Shown here: positions 44,445 to 54,511 of the stretch, piece by piece | Numbering within the stretch: position 1 is the first letter of the stretch | Layout: each line of letters opens with the position of its first letter | Source: Andalucia godoyi And28 | Taxonomy: Eukaryota; Protista; Jakobida | Reading direction: 5' to 3' | NCBI GenBank assembly: GCA_009859145.1 | Contig: VRVR01000007.1 | Location: 248,001 to 312,000, forward strand | Length of the DNA stretch: 64,000 nt | Position numbers and translations under genes: made by a program | The notes under the pieces: model-generated | Told to the model about the DNA's origin: nothing | Seen by the model: only the letters and a program-made list of their open reading frames with translations | Databases searched by the model: none

Positions 44445-46181
44445 CTATTGGTATTCTCCAGTGATAATATTGAACCTCTTGCTGACGCGTGAACTGGTCG
44501 GAGAAGTACTGGGTCTCTTGGCATCCTGTACTCGACTTTCAGGCCGGTCTCTCCCAAAGGCACCGCTACCTTGTCGAGTTGGAGGTCCCAACTGCGCGGG
44601 ATCCAGTTTGTGCGAAGCAGCTGGACAAGAAAGAGGAGAAGGAGGATGCTGCAGTTGTTGCGGTCGGCTTCCGATGCGAGCTTGCGACAGCTTTTCTTTC
44701 ATGATTCTAAGCTGCGCTTCGGCCCCCATTCCAGAAACAATTTCACCATCTGGATTTTCTCTCCGCCGCGCATTGAGTCGCCTTTTGGCGTCCGATTCTT
44801 GTGCTTCCGTCAATCCCGAGCTAGATTGAGTATCCGGCAGTTGTTGCCGTTGCGAACGTCCGTCCACGTGGTGACTTCGTGAGTGGGTGGACTCTACAGC
44901 GGAAGAGACGACTGCGGGCTGTTCTTGTGCCCCCCGGATTTGCTCGTGAATAGGATTCTCGACAGAATTGACCATCGAATTTTCGGCCGATGCACTTCTT
45001 GCAGCCAGACGTGCTGCGTAGCGTGCATCTCGTGAGTTTGGGACTGGCACAACAACAGGGGTCGCTGCAATGAGGGAGGATCGCTGGTCTTCCACGGTTT
45101 TCATTATAGGTGGTCCCCGTTTGGGATCATTCTTCCCAGATCGTACACTAGACTCAGAGAGCGCTCTCTGCAGTCCTGGAATTTCCGAATAAGACGACTT
45201 CCTGGAAGCCCTGGCTTCTTCTTCTTCTTCTTCTTCTTCTTGTTCTTGTTGTTGTTGCTGCTGTTGTTGCTGCTGCTGTTGTTGCTGCTGCTGCTGTTGT
45301 TGGTGTTGCGCTTCCTTTTTTCGAACCTCGGACTCATCGACTTTGCGCCTCTCTTCCAGCACAGAGTCCACCCACTCACGAAGCTCTTCAGCTGTCGGTC
45401 TTTCCATCCACTCCTTTTGAAGCATCCACGATACAGTTCTCTGCAGCTCGGTGCTGTACTGATCGGAGAGCCGTCGAAAATTTCCAGCAGTAATCTCGCG
45501 AACCAGACCAGCCATGGAATTCGACTCGAACGGCGGTCTTCGTTCGCACAATTCATACAGCACGATTCCCAGCGCCCACACATCCGTGCGATCTGAATAC
45601 GGTCTGTTCTCACAGAATTCCGGAGACATATACATGGGCGTTGCGTGTGAAAAGGTGCTTACGAGGACCGTCTGATCGCTCAAACTTCGAGCAATCCCCA
45701 AATCCCCCAAGATCAGCGATCCGTCTTTTCGAATAAATATATTGTGTGTCTTGATATCGCGATGGATCACGCGTGCTGCATGGCATGCTTCCAGCCCAGT
45801 CGCCAGATCGTGCAGCATGCTCCATATTATATTTTCAGGAAGAGGCTTTTTGAGAGACTTGATGAATGTGTGCAGGTCGCCCTGATCTGCATATTCCAGC
45901 AGTATGGCGACGCGTGATTTGGAAGGAGACGAATAGAACCATCCGTGGAGCTGCACAACATGCTCCGAGTGGATTCGCGCGAGAAGATCCACTTCATGCG
46001 TCACAGAATGGCCGCTTCCAAGTTCAGAAGCCATCTTTTCCTTCAAAATCAGCATTTTCCCACTCGACTTCTCACGCACCACCTTCACAGACCCACTGTT
46101 AGACGACGACAGCACTTTCACTACCGCATAGTCGTGCAACGATCCTTGAAACGGCGATCCCGACGATGCAAATATAGACAT
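44445..46181 (-). CDS. NIMA-related (NEK) Ser/Thr protein kinase
   Basis: LEYADQGDL, IHRDIKTHNIF, LGDLGIAR, TPMYMSPE..ENRPYSDRTDVWALG, followed by a low-complexity tail. Confidence 0.93.
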   Translation of the reverse strand: MSIFASSGSPFQGSLHDYAVVKVLSSSNSGSVKVVREKSSGKMLILKEKMASELGSGHSVTHEVDLLARIHSEHVVQLHGWFYSSPSKSRVAILLEYADQGDLHTFIKSLKKPLPENIIWSMLHDLATGLEACHAARVIHRDIKTHNIFIRKDGSLILGDLGIARSLSDQTVLVSTFSHATPMYMSPEFCENRPYSDRTDVWALGIVLYELCERRPPFESNSMAGLVREITAGNFRRLSDQYSTELQRTVSWMLQKEWMERPTAEELREWVDSVLEERRKVDESEVRKKEAQHQQQQQQQQQQQQQQQQQQQEQEEEEEEEEARASRKSSYSEIPGLQRALSESSVRSGKNDPKRGPPIMKTVEDQRSSLIAATPVVVPVPNSRDARYAARLAARSASAENSMVNSVENPIHEQIRGAQEQPAVVSSAVESTHSRSHHVDGRSQRQQLPDTQSSSGLTEAQESDAKRRLNARRRENPDGEIVSGMGAEAQLRIMKEKLSQARIGSRPQQLQHPPSPLSCPAASHKLDPAQLGPPTRQGSGAFGRDRPESRVQDAKRPSTSPTSSRVSKRFNIITGEYQ

Positions 46182-46599
46182 TTCCCCCCTTTTTGTGCGT
46201 GCGTGTGTGGGTGTGTGGGTGTGTGTGTGTGTCCTTCTTCAAATCAGTCAGTCAATCAGTCAATCAGTCAAAAAAGCTACACTAAACTATCCAGGCTGCG
46301 TGGAATCTGGAGCCTCTTCTTCTCTGCGACAAATACTGACATACAAATCAAATAAAAGAAAAAAAAGAGTTATAATAAAAAATGCATAGATAATACCAAC
46401 ACGAAAATGCTTGGGCTGACAATAGATCCCAACGGTCTGACTACGGAAGCGCCCAAAGCAGATCGAGCCATAGACAGCAGTTTCCGTGTTCACAACGCTC
46501 CGCGGTTTGCAAGACGGAAGGAGCAAAGGAGTCACGACAAGGGCGATTACGTCGAGGCTCAATGAGTGAAAGAGTGAGTAAGTGAGAGGGTGAGTAAGG

Positions 46600-47445
46600 A
46601 TGACGGTGGTCCGACTGATTGCAACGCGTGATTTTCCCCGGACGCATTCTTTGCTATCTGCAGAGGAGGTGAATCAGTGTGCTGCATTCTACTTTGAGCG
46701 CGATGCGAAAAACCACTGTGCGCATCGTCTTGGACTGCGCTACGTGGAGTTCAAAGAGACTGGGCATTTTCCCCTCGCGATTGAAAAGGATGCGAATGGC
46801 AAACCACAGACAATTGCGAACGGCAGCCACGATGGCACATGGGTTGCGATAGCGTACCACAGAACGCAGCCAAGCATTGAATGTCCTGCACTTCGTGGCC
46901 GTTCTTCCGCTGAGGCGGGGTTATCGATGTCATTGTCTCCTCCTCATTCCCCTTCCTCCTCCTCCTCCTCCTCTTCTTCTTCGCCGCCTATTGGAGTGGA
47001 CATTATGCCGTGCGAGATGTCTGCGATTGACCCTATGAGCGTCCGGCTTTGTCTCTCCGAGTACGAACTGTCGGTGCTGCGGCACAACCGACACCGGTTG
47101 TCTGTATTGTGGACGATCAAGGAGGCCATATGTAAGTGCGATGGACGCGGAATGTCGATGGATCTGTCTGCAGTCTCGATACAGAAGCTACTCGACATTC
47201 CCTGCGCTGCCGATCTTCCGCACGGTCAAATGATCCTCCTTCCTGCAGGTACTGTGCACTCGACACTATACCCATCAGTTGATATGTGGAGCATTGCTAT
47301 CGGACGATTCGAGGATTACGTCATCGCTGTCTGCTCCCCTGTTCTCGGTTCCGAAATCCTTGTCTCGGTGCTGGAACAAAAGGAACTGTTGGATTGGGCA
47401 GATCATGCGGTTGGCAGCCTTTCCGGTGCCAACCTGCCACCTTGA
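46600..47445 (+). CDS. 4'-phosphopantetheinyl transferase (Sfp/AASDHPPT type)
   Basis: SHDGTWVAIA, IGVDIM, WTIKEAICKCDGRGM. Confidence 0.88.
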   Translation: MTVVRLIATRDFPRTHSLLSAEEVNQCAAFYFERDAKNHCAHRLGLRYVEFKETGHFPLAIEKDANGKPQTIANGSHDGTWVAIAYHRTQPSIECPALRGRSSAEAGLSMSLSPPHSPSSSSSSSSSSPPIGVDIMPCEMSAIDPMSVRLCLSEYELSVLRHNRHRLSVLWTIKEAICKCDGRGMSMDLSAVSIQKLLDIPCAADLPHGQMILLPAGTVHSTLYPSVDMWSIAIGRFEDYVIAVCSPVLGSEILVSVLEQKELLDWADHAVGSLSGANLPP

Positions 47446-47618
47446 TTCTTCATGCATCATCATGCACCATTATTATTAATATTACTATTCATTCACACCA
47501 TTTTTGTGACGGCTCTTTTATACTGGACCGAATTCTGTACACACAAAAGCAAAATAATAAAAAGAGACGGAATGCAACCCAGACCTCCCTCTCTTTCCTC
47601 ACTCCGCCCCCGCAAGAA

Positions 47619-47801
47619 CTAAGAGCTGCTGGAGGATTTCTTGAGAGCTTTGAGATGTTCGCGGTACTGCCGCATGCATTCCTTGTAAATGTCAAAGTGG
47701 TCCTTGCACACCGACTTATCCGCCTGATTTTCTTCTTGGCACTTGTAACTCACCAGCGCATACTTTTGACACGGATTATCAATCTTTGTCAGAGAGGTCA
47801 T
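47619..47801 (-). CDS. Twin CX9C mitochondrial intermembrane-space protein, Cox23/CHCHD7-like
   Basis: NPCQKYALVSYKC...VCKDHFDIYKEC, two CX9C motifs in 60 aa. Confidence 0.8.
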   Translation of the reverse strand: MTSLTKIDNPCQKYALVSYKCQEENQADKSVCKDHFDIYKECMRQYREHLKALKKSSSSS

Positions 47802-47997
47802 CTCTATCTCCTCCTCTTCCTTTTTTTCCCCGATCGAAACTGATGCTAATCTCAATGCTGACACTAACGCTGACACTGACACGAATACTGATAATGATAA
47901 TGATAATGACAACGATGATTTGATGATGAAAGATCACCAACAAGAAGAATAGCAACAAGAAAGGAGAAGAAGAGACAACCCACTACAACAGATATGA

Positions 47998-48810
47998 CTA
48001 GAGATTGCGGTGGACACGGAGAAGAGTCGAGACGGCGAGTCCTGTGCAGATTGGGACGAGGAGGTTGTCATCGATTCGGTGGAGTGCCGGGGCGTCGGTC
48101 GCGGCCTCCGCAAGAGTAGCCGCGAGAGCTGCTACAGCCGCGTAGAGGATCTGGTGTCCACTCCACGCAGCCGCAGCTGGGGATTCTGCGGGAGAGAACA
48201 AGTGATTTGCAAAGAGCATCCACGCGAGGGCGACGACGAATCCTGCGCTAAACGAGCCGAGCGAGCCTCCAAGTGTTTTTCGACCATTGGCCTTGAACCA
48301 TTTGGTTGCGCAGAAGGCCGAGTGCTTCGCGAGAAACTTCCCTGCGATTGAGGCTATAGGGTCGCATACTGCAAGAAGGAAAATCGCACATACGCCGACT
48401 GCCTGGTCGAAGAGCAGCACCGACAGCGACGCCCCGGCGAAGTAGAAGAGCATTCCATTGAAATGCGTCTTTTCGGACTCGCGGATCACCGGACCAAGCA
48501 TCTTAAAGAACCGTTCGTTGAAGCTCGTCGACTTCAGTACGTACAAGCGAAGAACATCCACAACAAATACATGCAGCGCCACCAGTGCAAGGAATGCAGA
48601 AGCCCACAGCGGCGGACACTTGAGACATACCACTACAAAGGCGATCGGAAGTCCCAGAACATGATACAGCTTTCGAGCAAACTCGTAATTCGTCTTCTCC
48701 GCTATCTTTGATTCTGCAGCCACCACCCGCTTTCCACCTCCTCCGACACGAGCCGCCTTCTCGGAACTCGGCTTTAAGGATTCGCGATTTCGAACGTGAT
48801 TTGCAGTCAT
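47998..48810 (-). CDS. CTP-dependent lipid kinase (Dgk1/phytol/dolichol kinase family)
   Basis: EFARKLYH, RESEKTHFNGMLFY, CDPIASIAG, KTLGGSLG, IDDNLLVP; multi-pass hydrophobic. Confidence 0.88.
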   Translation of the reverse strand: MTANHVRNRESLKPSSEKAARVGGGGKRVVAAESKIAEKTNYEFARKLYHVLGLPIAFVVVCLKCPPLWASAFLALVALHVFVVDVLRLYVLKSTSFNERFFKMLGPVIRESEKTHFNGMLFYFAGASLSVLLFDQAVGVCAIFLLAVCDPIASIAGKFLAKHSAFCATKWFKANGRKTLGGSLGSFSAGFVVALAWMLFANHLFSPAESPAAAAWSGHQILYAAVAALAATLAEAATDAPALHRIDDNLLVPICTGLAVSTLLRVHRNL

Positions 48811-48960
48811 TATTGTTTCTTCTTCCTATTCCGATTCCTTGTTCGGATCTCCGGGCTCACCAATTTACACTTCTCGTCGCTTTTGGCAGCCGCTTCTGCA
48901 GTGACTCCTTCAATGCAATATCGTGATGCACGTAAATAAAAAGAAGATTCTAAATATTTA

Positions 48961-49012
<52 letters not shown>
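48961..49012. repeat. (TAA)n microsatellite
   Basis: Direct reading of the sequence. Confidence 0.95.
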
Positions 49013-49015
<3 letters not shown>

Positions 49016-49673
49016 TAAAAACAACAATGCAAAGAAGGGAGGCAAGAAGAGAAAGGCGAAAAATGATTCGTTATTTTCTATTTTATTATCTTATTTTTGT
49101 TTTGTTTGAAGAGAGGATTGGAAGTGCTCTTCAATCCACGTGGAAGTGCTTTCCGTTTGAACTTTCGGGGGGGGAAAGGAAACGATTGAGGTTGACATCT
49201 GGCGAATTGCAGCGCCATGCCAAAAAAAAAAAACACCATGGATTCAGCGGTCGTACAGATGGGGGAGCCCCACACTGCGGCCACACGCGCGGGGCGGAAA
49301 AAGCGGGCAGCGGGGAATTGATGCCGAGAGTGGGAAAATATCCGAGGGGCGGAGGAAAATGCGAGAATCATTTGAGAATCCTTACCCTTGTCTAACTGCA
49401 TGTGTCATTGTGTCAGTGCGGATGGCGTCAAACTGGCCCCCCCTTTCCAATGTCATTGCCGTTTCCCCACAAGTAATTTCTTCATGTCAGTCTCCCCACC
49501 ACCATCCAGAGGTTTCTCTCTCTTTTTCAATATCTTTTTCATTAATTTATTTATTATAATTTTTTGTTGTTGGTTTTTTCCTCCTCCTTTCTCCCTCTTC
49601 TTTGTTTTAGTTTCGCGTTTTTTGCTCTCAAGAAGCCCTTTTTTCTTATCTTTCTACGTAGATTTAGATCAGC

Positions 49674-49788
49674 ATGGCAGAGTACAAGATTGTCGTTCTT
49701 GGAGCTGGAGGAGTCGGAAAGTCGGGTATGTTCTCTCTCTCTCACTCTCTCTCTCTCTCACTCTCACTCTCACTCTCACTCTCTCTCA

Positions 49789-49820
<32 letters not shown>

Positions 49821-50598
49821 TTCCCCCTCCACTTCTAAACCATTCTGTATCACCGTTCATATATATGTATATGTATATATTGTTGGTCTAAAATTCCTTC
49901 GAATGCCGCGCGGGGTCTTTTGTTATTTTTCTTTTTGTTGTTTTTGTTCACGACGAATTAATGTCTTCGTTTTTTGTTTTTTTTTCCCTCTCCCGTTTAT
50001 AATGTGTGCAGCGCTGTCGATCCGTTTTATCCAGGGAAAGTTTGTTGAAAAGTACGATCCGACGATCGAGGACTCGTATCGGAAGCAGGTTGATGTGGAC
50101 GGCCAGGCCGTAATGCTTGACATTCTGGATACTGCAGGACAGGAGGAGTATGCGGCGATGCGCGAGCCGTACATGCAGTCTGGTCAGGGCTTTGTTCTTG
50201 TGTATTCGATCATCGACCACAATTCGTTTGACGAAGTCTCTGCAATGTATGATACACTTGTCTCAGTGAAGGGCACGAAGGACATTCCGATTGTCCTTGT
50301 AGGAAACAAGGCCGATCTCGAGGCCGACCGTGTCGTTGAGAAGGACGATGCTCTCAAGCTCATCGAGTCCAAAGCAACGGGAGTCACCTTCCTTGAAGCC
50401 TCTGCAAAGGACAACCTCAATGTTGACCAGGTCTTCCTTGAAGTCGTGCGCTCCATCATGAGAAAGAGTGGACAGGCGAACGGCGCAACCGAAACCACGG
50501 CTGCTGCAAATGGTGGTGAGCAGGGCGCAACCCAGGGCCAAACTCAGAAGCAGGAGGAACCGAAGAAGAAGAAGAAGAAGGGATGCTTGATCCTCTAA
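49674..50598 (+). CDS. Ras/Rap-family small GTPase, two exons (49674-49725, 50012-50598)
   Basis: YKIVVLGAGGVGKSA, YDPTIEDSY, DTAGQEEY, NKADL, EASAK, polybasic tail and CaaX (KKKKKGCLIL); phase-1 GTATGT intron. Confidence 0.95.
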
Positions 50599-51206
50599 AG
50601 AAAGCATTCACTCTCGCAAACATCACATTCTCTTAATCTGTTTTGTTTCTATCTATCGTTTTGTTTTGTTTTTTGTTTTTTGTTTTGTCGTTGCTGCTGC
50701 TGCTGATGTTATCGTCATTTGGAATGTTTTTTTTCTCCCCGTTCTTCTTTTTTCTTTTTCTTTTTCCGTTTCACGTTCCCTCATTCTTGTTCTTCTTCCT
50801 TGTCTTGTCTTTGTTTTGTCTCTCTTTCATACTCGTGCATCTTTTGTTTTTTCTCATCCCTACCCCATCACCACCACCACCACTCAACCTGGTTCTTAAA
50901 GTTTGTATTTGTGTGTCGCTCGTTGCTAAAGAGCACTGGACACTCGGGTTCGGCGTTGCTGTAAATCTTCAAAATTTCTATTATGTTTTGCCGTGTTTTT
51001 GTATTTTTCTGGGGTTTTCTTTTCTTTTCTTTTCTTTTCTTTTCTTTTCTTTCTCTTTCTCTTTTTCTTTTTCTTTCTCTTTTTCTTTCTCTTTTTCTTT
51101 TTCTTTTGTTGTTTTTTAACATTTAAAAATGTTAAAATTGTAGAATTCACAATTTGTGCATATTTGCGGATACGACGTTTTGCTGAGGATTAAAAAAGAC
51201 ATCATC

Positions 51207-51662
51207 ATGAGTGGTGACAACGCACTGATCTCGCGGTTGCTGCTGACACCCGAGGAATATGGGACGTTCCGTGAGACAAACAAGAACGTGTTTCCAGACC
51301 TGATTGGAGTGCAAGATCCGACGAGACATGCGCATCTACCAGGAGTTATCCCCGTTCTTCCGCAGCCAGCATCCACACGATTGCAGAGTGAAGGATATAC
51401 ATTGTCGAACGGTGCGTCATTTGGATGCGACATTCTGGGATACCCTGGAGACCCGTTGCTGTTTCACTCCAAGTTGGAAGTCCATGCGGTGCAACCGAGC
51501 GAACAGTGGTCCGTGGCTGACTTGCTCTGTGCCGAAAGAGTGGCGTCGGCAGTGAAAAAGGTGGCTGTTCTGGCTGTCAAGCACGAGGATGCCAGCATCC
51601 AGTTTCTCCAGCTCCGGCGGTTCCAGTGGGAAGGATCTGAGCTCCCCGAACAATCCGCGTAG
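51207..51662 (+). CDS. TSEN34: tRNA-splicing endonuclease catalytic subunit Sen34-like
   Basis: GYTLSNGASFGCDILGYPGDPLLFH and RVASAVKK keep the catalytic Tyr, His and Lys. Confidence 0.8.
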   Translation: MSGDNALISRLLLTPEEYGTFRETNKNVFPDLIGVQDPTRHAHLPGVIPVLPQPASTRLQSEGYTLSNGASFGCDILGYPGDPLLFHSKLEVHAVQPSEQWSVADLLCAERVASAVKKVAVLAVKHEDASIQFLQLRRFQWEGSELPEQSA

Positions 51663-51714
51663 CGCAAACAAGCAAAAAAGAACGACGCAGCTGCGGTGTG
51701 TGTTTATTTTCATA

Positions 51715-52928
51715 TTACAAATTCTTGCCGGGGGTGGATGACCGCGAAGTTGACGAAGAAGATGGAGAACCACCAGCAGCAGTGGCAGGGGCAGGAGAGA
51801 AGGAGTCGGTGGTGATGGCAGAGTTTGCAGAAAGACCCTGCAGAAGTCCCCACGCTCGAGAGACGACCGAGGATACATCTGCGACGTTTTCGGGGACGAT
51901 GATGGTGTTTCCCTTCTTGGCGATCTGGGAGAACGCAGCAATATATTCCTCCGCGAGACCCTTTGCAACTGCCTCTCGCGCACCAGGCAAGTTAAGAGCA
52001 TTCCCGACGAGCTCGATGCTCTTTGCAGTCGCAGCCGCTCGCGCCAAGAGTGCTTCCGCCTCGCCCCTCGCGTGATTAATCGACTCCGTAGCCGCAGCTT
52101 CGGACATGAGAACCGAAGCTGACTTTTGGCCCTCTGCAACATTTCGCGCGGCCGTCATGTCTCCCTCTGACTCGAGAATCTGCTTACGCTTCTTGCGCTC
52201 TGCCTCGGCTTCAAGATCCATCGCAACACGAATGGACTGCGGGACCTGAATGTCGCGGATTTCATACCGAGTCACTGCAATTCCCCATCCGTGCGCCACT
52301 TTTTCCAGAGCATGCACAATCGCATGGTTCAGCGAATCACGCTCTGCGAACGTCCGGTCCAGCGAAATCTTTCCAATCTCGGACCGCATCGTCGTTTGTG
52401 CAAGCTGCACAATCGAGTACATTGGGTCCTGCACTTCATAAGATGCCTTCTGCGCATCCATCACGCGCACAAACACAACCCCATCGATATGCAAATGGAC
52501 ATTATCAAGCGTAAAGGCCGACTAATTGAACAGTGATGTTAGTATGCTTATCTCATAGTCTGTATGCACTTGCGGGTATGTCCTCCTTCGTGCATGCGGT
52601 GCGTGGATCATCCATGGAATTCCAAAGCACAAATGAATCCATCGCGAACAAGAACAAAAGAAGAAGAACAAGACTATGAAGGAAAAGGAAGAAATAGACG
52701 TACCTGCGAGGGAACTTCGAAAGCCATTTCTTTCAGAGAATGAGCATAGGCAATTCGCTCGAGAATGGGAACCACGACATGAAGACCAGCCGTCAAGGTG
52801 CGATTATAGGATCCGAGACGCTCAATCACCCAAGTTTCACCTTGAGGAACAACATTCACAACCGTGTTGATTGGGTTTGGCACAGTTCCCGAAAGCAGTC
52901 GTCGAGACACACGTCGAAGCGCTAGCAT
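51715..52928 (-). CDS. STOML2: Stomatin-like protein 2 (SPFH/Band 7), two exons (52928-52704, 52521-51715)
   Basis: VPQGETWVIERLG, PSQ|SAFTLDNV, AQTTMRSEIGK, RYEIRDI, AERKKR; GTACGT donor; mitochondrial-type presequence. Confidence 0.92.
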
Positions 52929-52943
52929 TTTATGACTTCTATC

Positions 52944-53002
<59 letters not shown>

Positions 53003-53298
53003 TCTGTCGATCTCGCTCTGGAAAAGCAATCTGATGTTACTCTCGAGGCATCGACCAAAGAGTCTTGGGAAGCATCACGTGAGGCTTGGTGCTGTTTTTT
53101 CTTGCGCATAAAAAACTTTTGAAAAATCGGGATTTTCCCGACAAGCATCAAAACCATCATTTCTTGCAGAAATGGTGCAGATTGTCGTCTCCGCCCCGCA
53201 GTATCCATGCTGCTACTCTACCCTCTTATCATAATAACCGTATGTATTTCTGCGCGAAGTAGAATTGTATATATTTATACATATATAAACTGGAGAAA

Positions 53299-54426
53299 AT
53301 GGGAAATGGCGTTGGGTTTTTTGGAGCGCTGTCTTCGAAGCAATGGGGCCTGATTTCCTTTCTGATTTCTCTGAATTTGCTCCGCATTGGCGTTGAAACG
53401 CTTGTGTTCATCCGAGATTTAACGTGTACTTTACATGGTGAAGTATTTATATCGTGCCCGTCTTCAACGTTGTTTGGGAGAACTCCTGTGGCGGATTTTC
53501 TGCTCTCGATACTCCAAATCATCCACTATGTTGTCTTGTTTTACTTTTTCTGGTACTGGAACGTGTGGTTCCAGGGTTCTCTCTGTGAGATTCGCTTTCA
53601 TTTGAATCCCACACAACTTATCCATTCGAGAAGAACATTCAAGAAGCTGTACGTGAAGCAACTTACTGTCTTTGAGTTTTTCTCAATGTGGTGTGCGGGA
53701 GTCGCGTTCCTGTACATTGTGTGTTTGGCGGAAGGTTCCCGATGGTACAATTATACGCTTCCGCTGTTCATGGCTCTTGGAATGTTTGTGGAAATCTTTG
53801 CGATTGTCCCGATGAACTTTTCTGCGCCTGCAAAAGTCGGTGCAGCGCGCTATGTGTGGTTTCTGACGCTGTTTGCAATTGTCTGGTCCTCCATGCTTTC
53901 CTCGGTGTTTTACTCCTTACTGGTTGCGTTGAAGGTGTACGACCCTTCGTTCTTTTCGTCGAACGGTGTCCATGCACTCATTCTTGTGCTCGGAGGCATG
54001 ATGATTAACCTTAGATTGTCAGTGTTTTACATGATGCGACGAAAGATGTGGAATCCAAAGGCAAACTCCATCATGCCAAACCTGAAGTCCGTCCAGGGAC
54101 ATTTCCAAGACCAGGTCAATGGAGATCTGACCGATGCTTTCTTGTATGCGACCAAGGAAAACACTTTTCTGTTGGAAAATCGAGCAGGCGGAGACCAATT
54201 TCTAGCAAATCCGCAGTCTCTAGAATCGGGAACGGGAACGGGAACATCAGGAAGCTACGGAAGCGCCACAACATTTTCTAAACGGTCCAGAACTTCCAAC
54301 GCCGAGCAGCCTGACGACTTCTTGCACGACCGTGAAAACGATCGTGAAACCCTAACCCGAGGAACAATTACGCGGCTGCACAGTTTCGAAAACCTGCAGA
54401 CAGAAAGATACTCTACTCTGTGTTGA
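53299..54426 (+). CDS. Hypothetical multi-pass membrane protein
   Basis: 375-codon ATG ORF with about six or seven hydrophobic segments and a polar C-terminal tail. Confidence 0.7.
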   Translation: MGNGVGFFGALSSKQWGLISFLISLNLLRIGVETLVFIRDLTCTLHGEVFISCPSSTLFGRTPVADFLLSILQIIHYVVLFYFFWYWNVWFQGSLCEIRFHLNPTQLIHSRRTFKKLYVKQLTVFEFFSMWCAGVAFLYIVCLAEGSRWYNYTLPLFMALGMFVEIFAIVPMNFSAPAKVGAARYVWFLTLFAIVWSSMLSSVFYSLLVALKVYDPSFFSSNGVHALILVLGGMMINLRLSVFYMMRRKMWNPKANSIMPNLKSVQGHFQDQVNGDLTDAFLYATKENTFLLENRAGGDQFLANPQSLESGTGTGTSGSYGSATTFSKRSRTSNAEQPDDFLHDRENDRETLTRGTITRLHSFENLQTERYSTLC

Positions 54427-54511
54427 AGAGCAGCCACCAGGAGCGCGACAGGGATAATGCGGGAGAAAAAGAAAGTAGAAGAAGAAAAATGACATGATAA
54501 CAGTTAGATCT

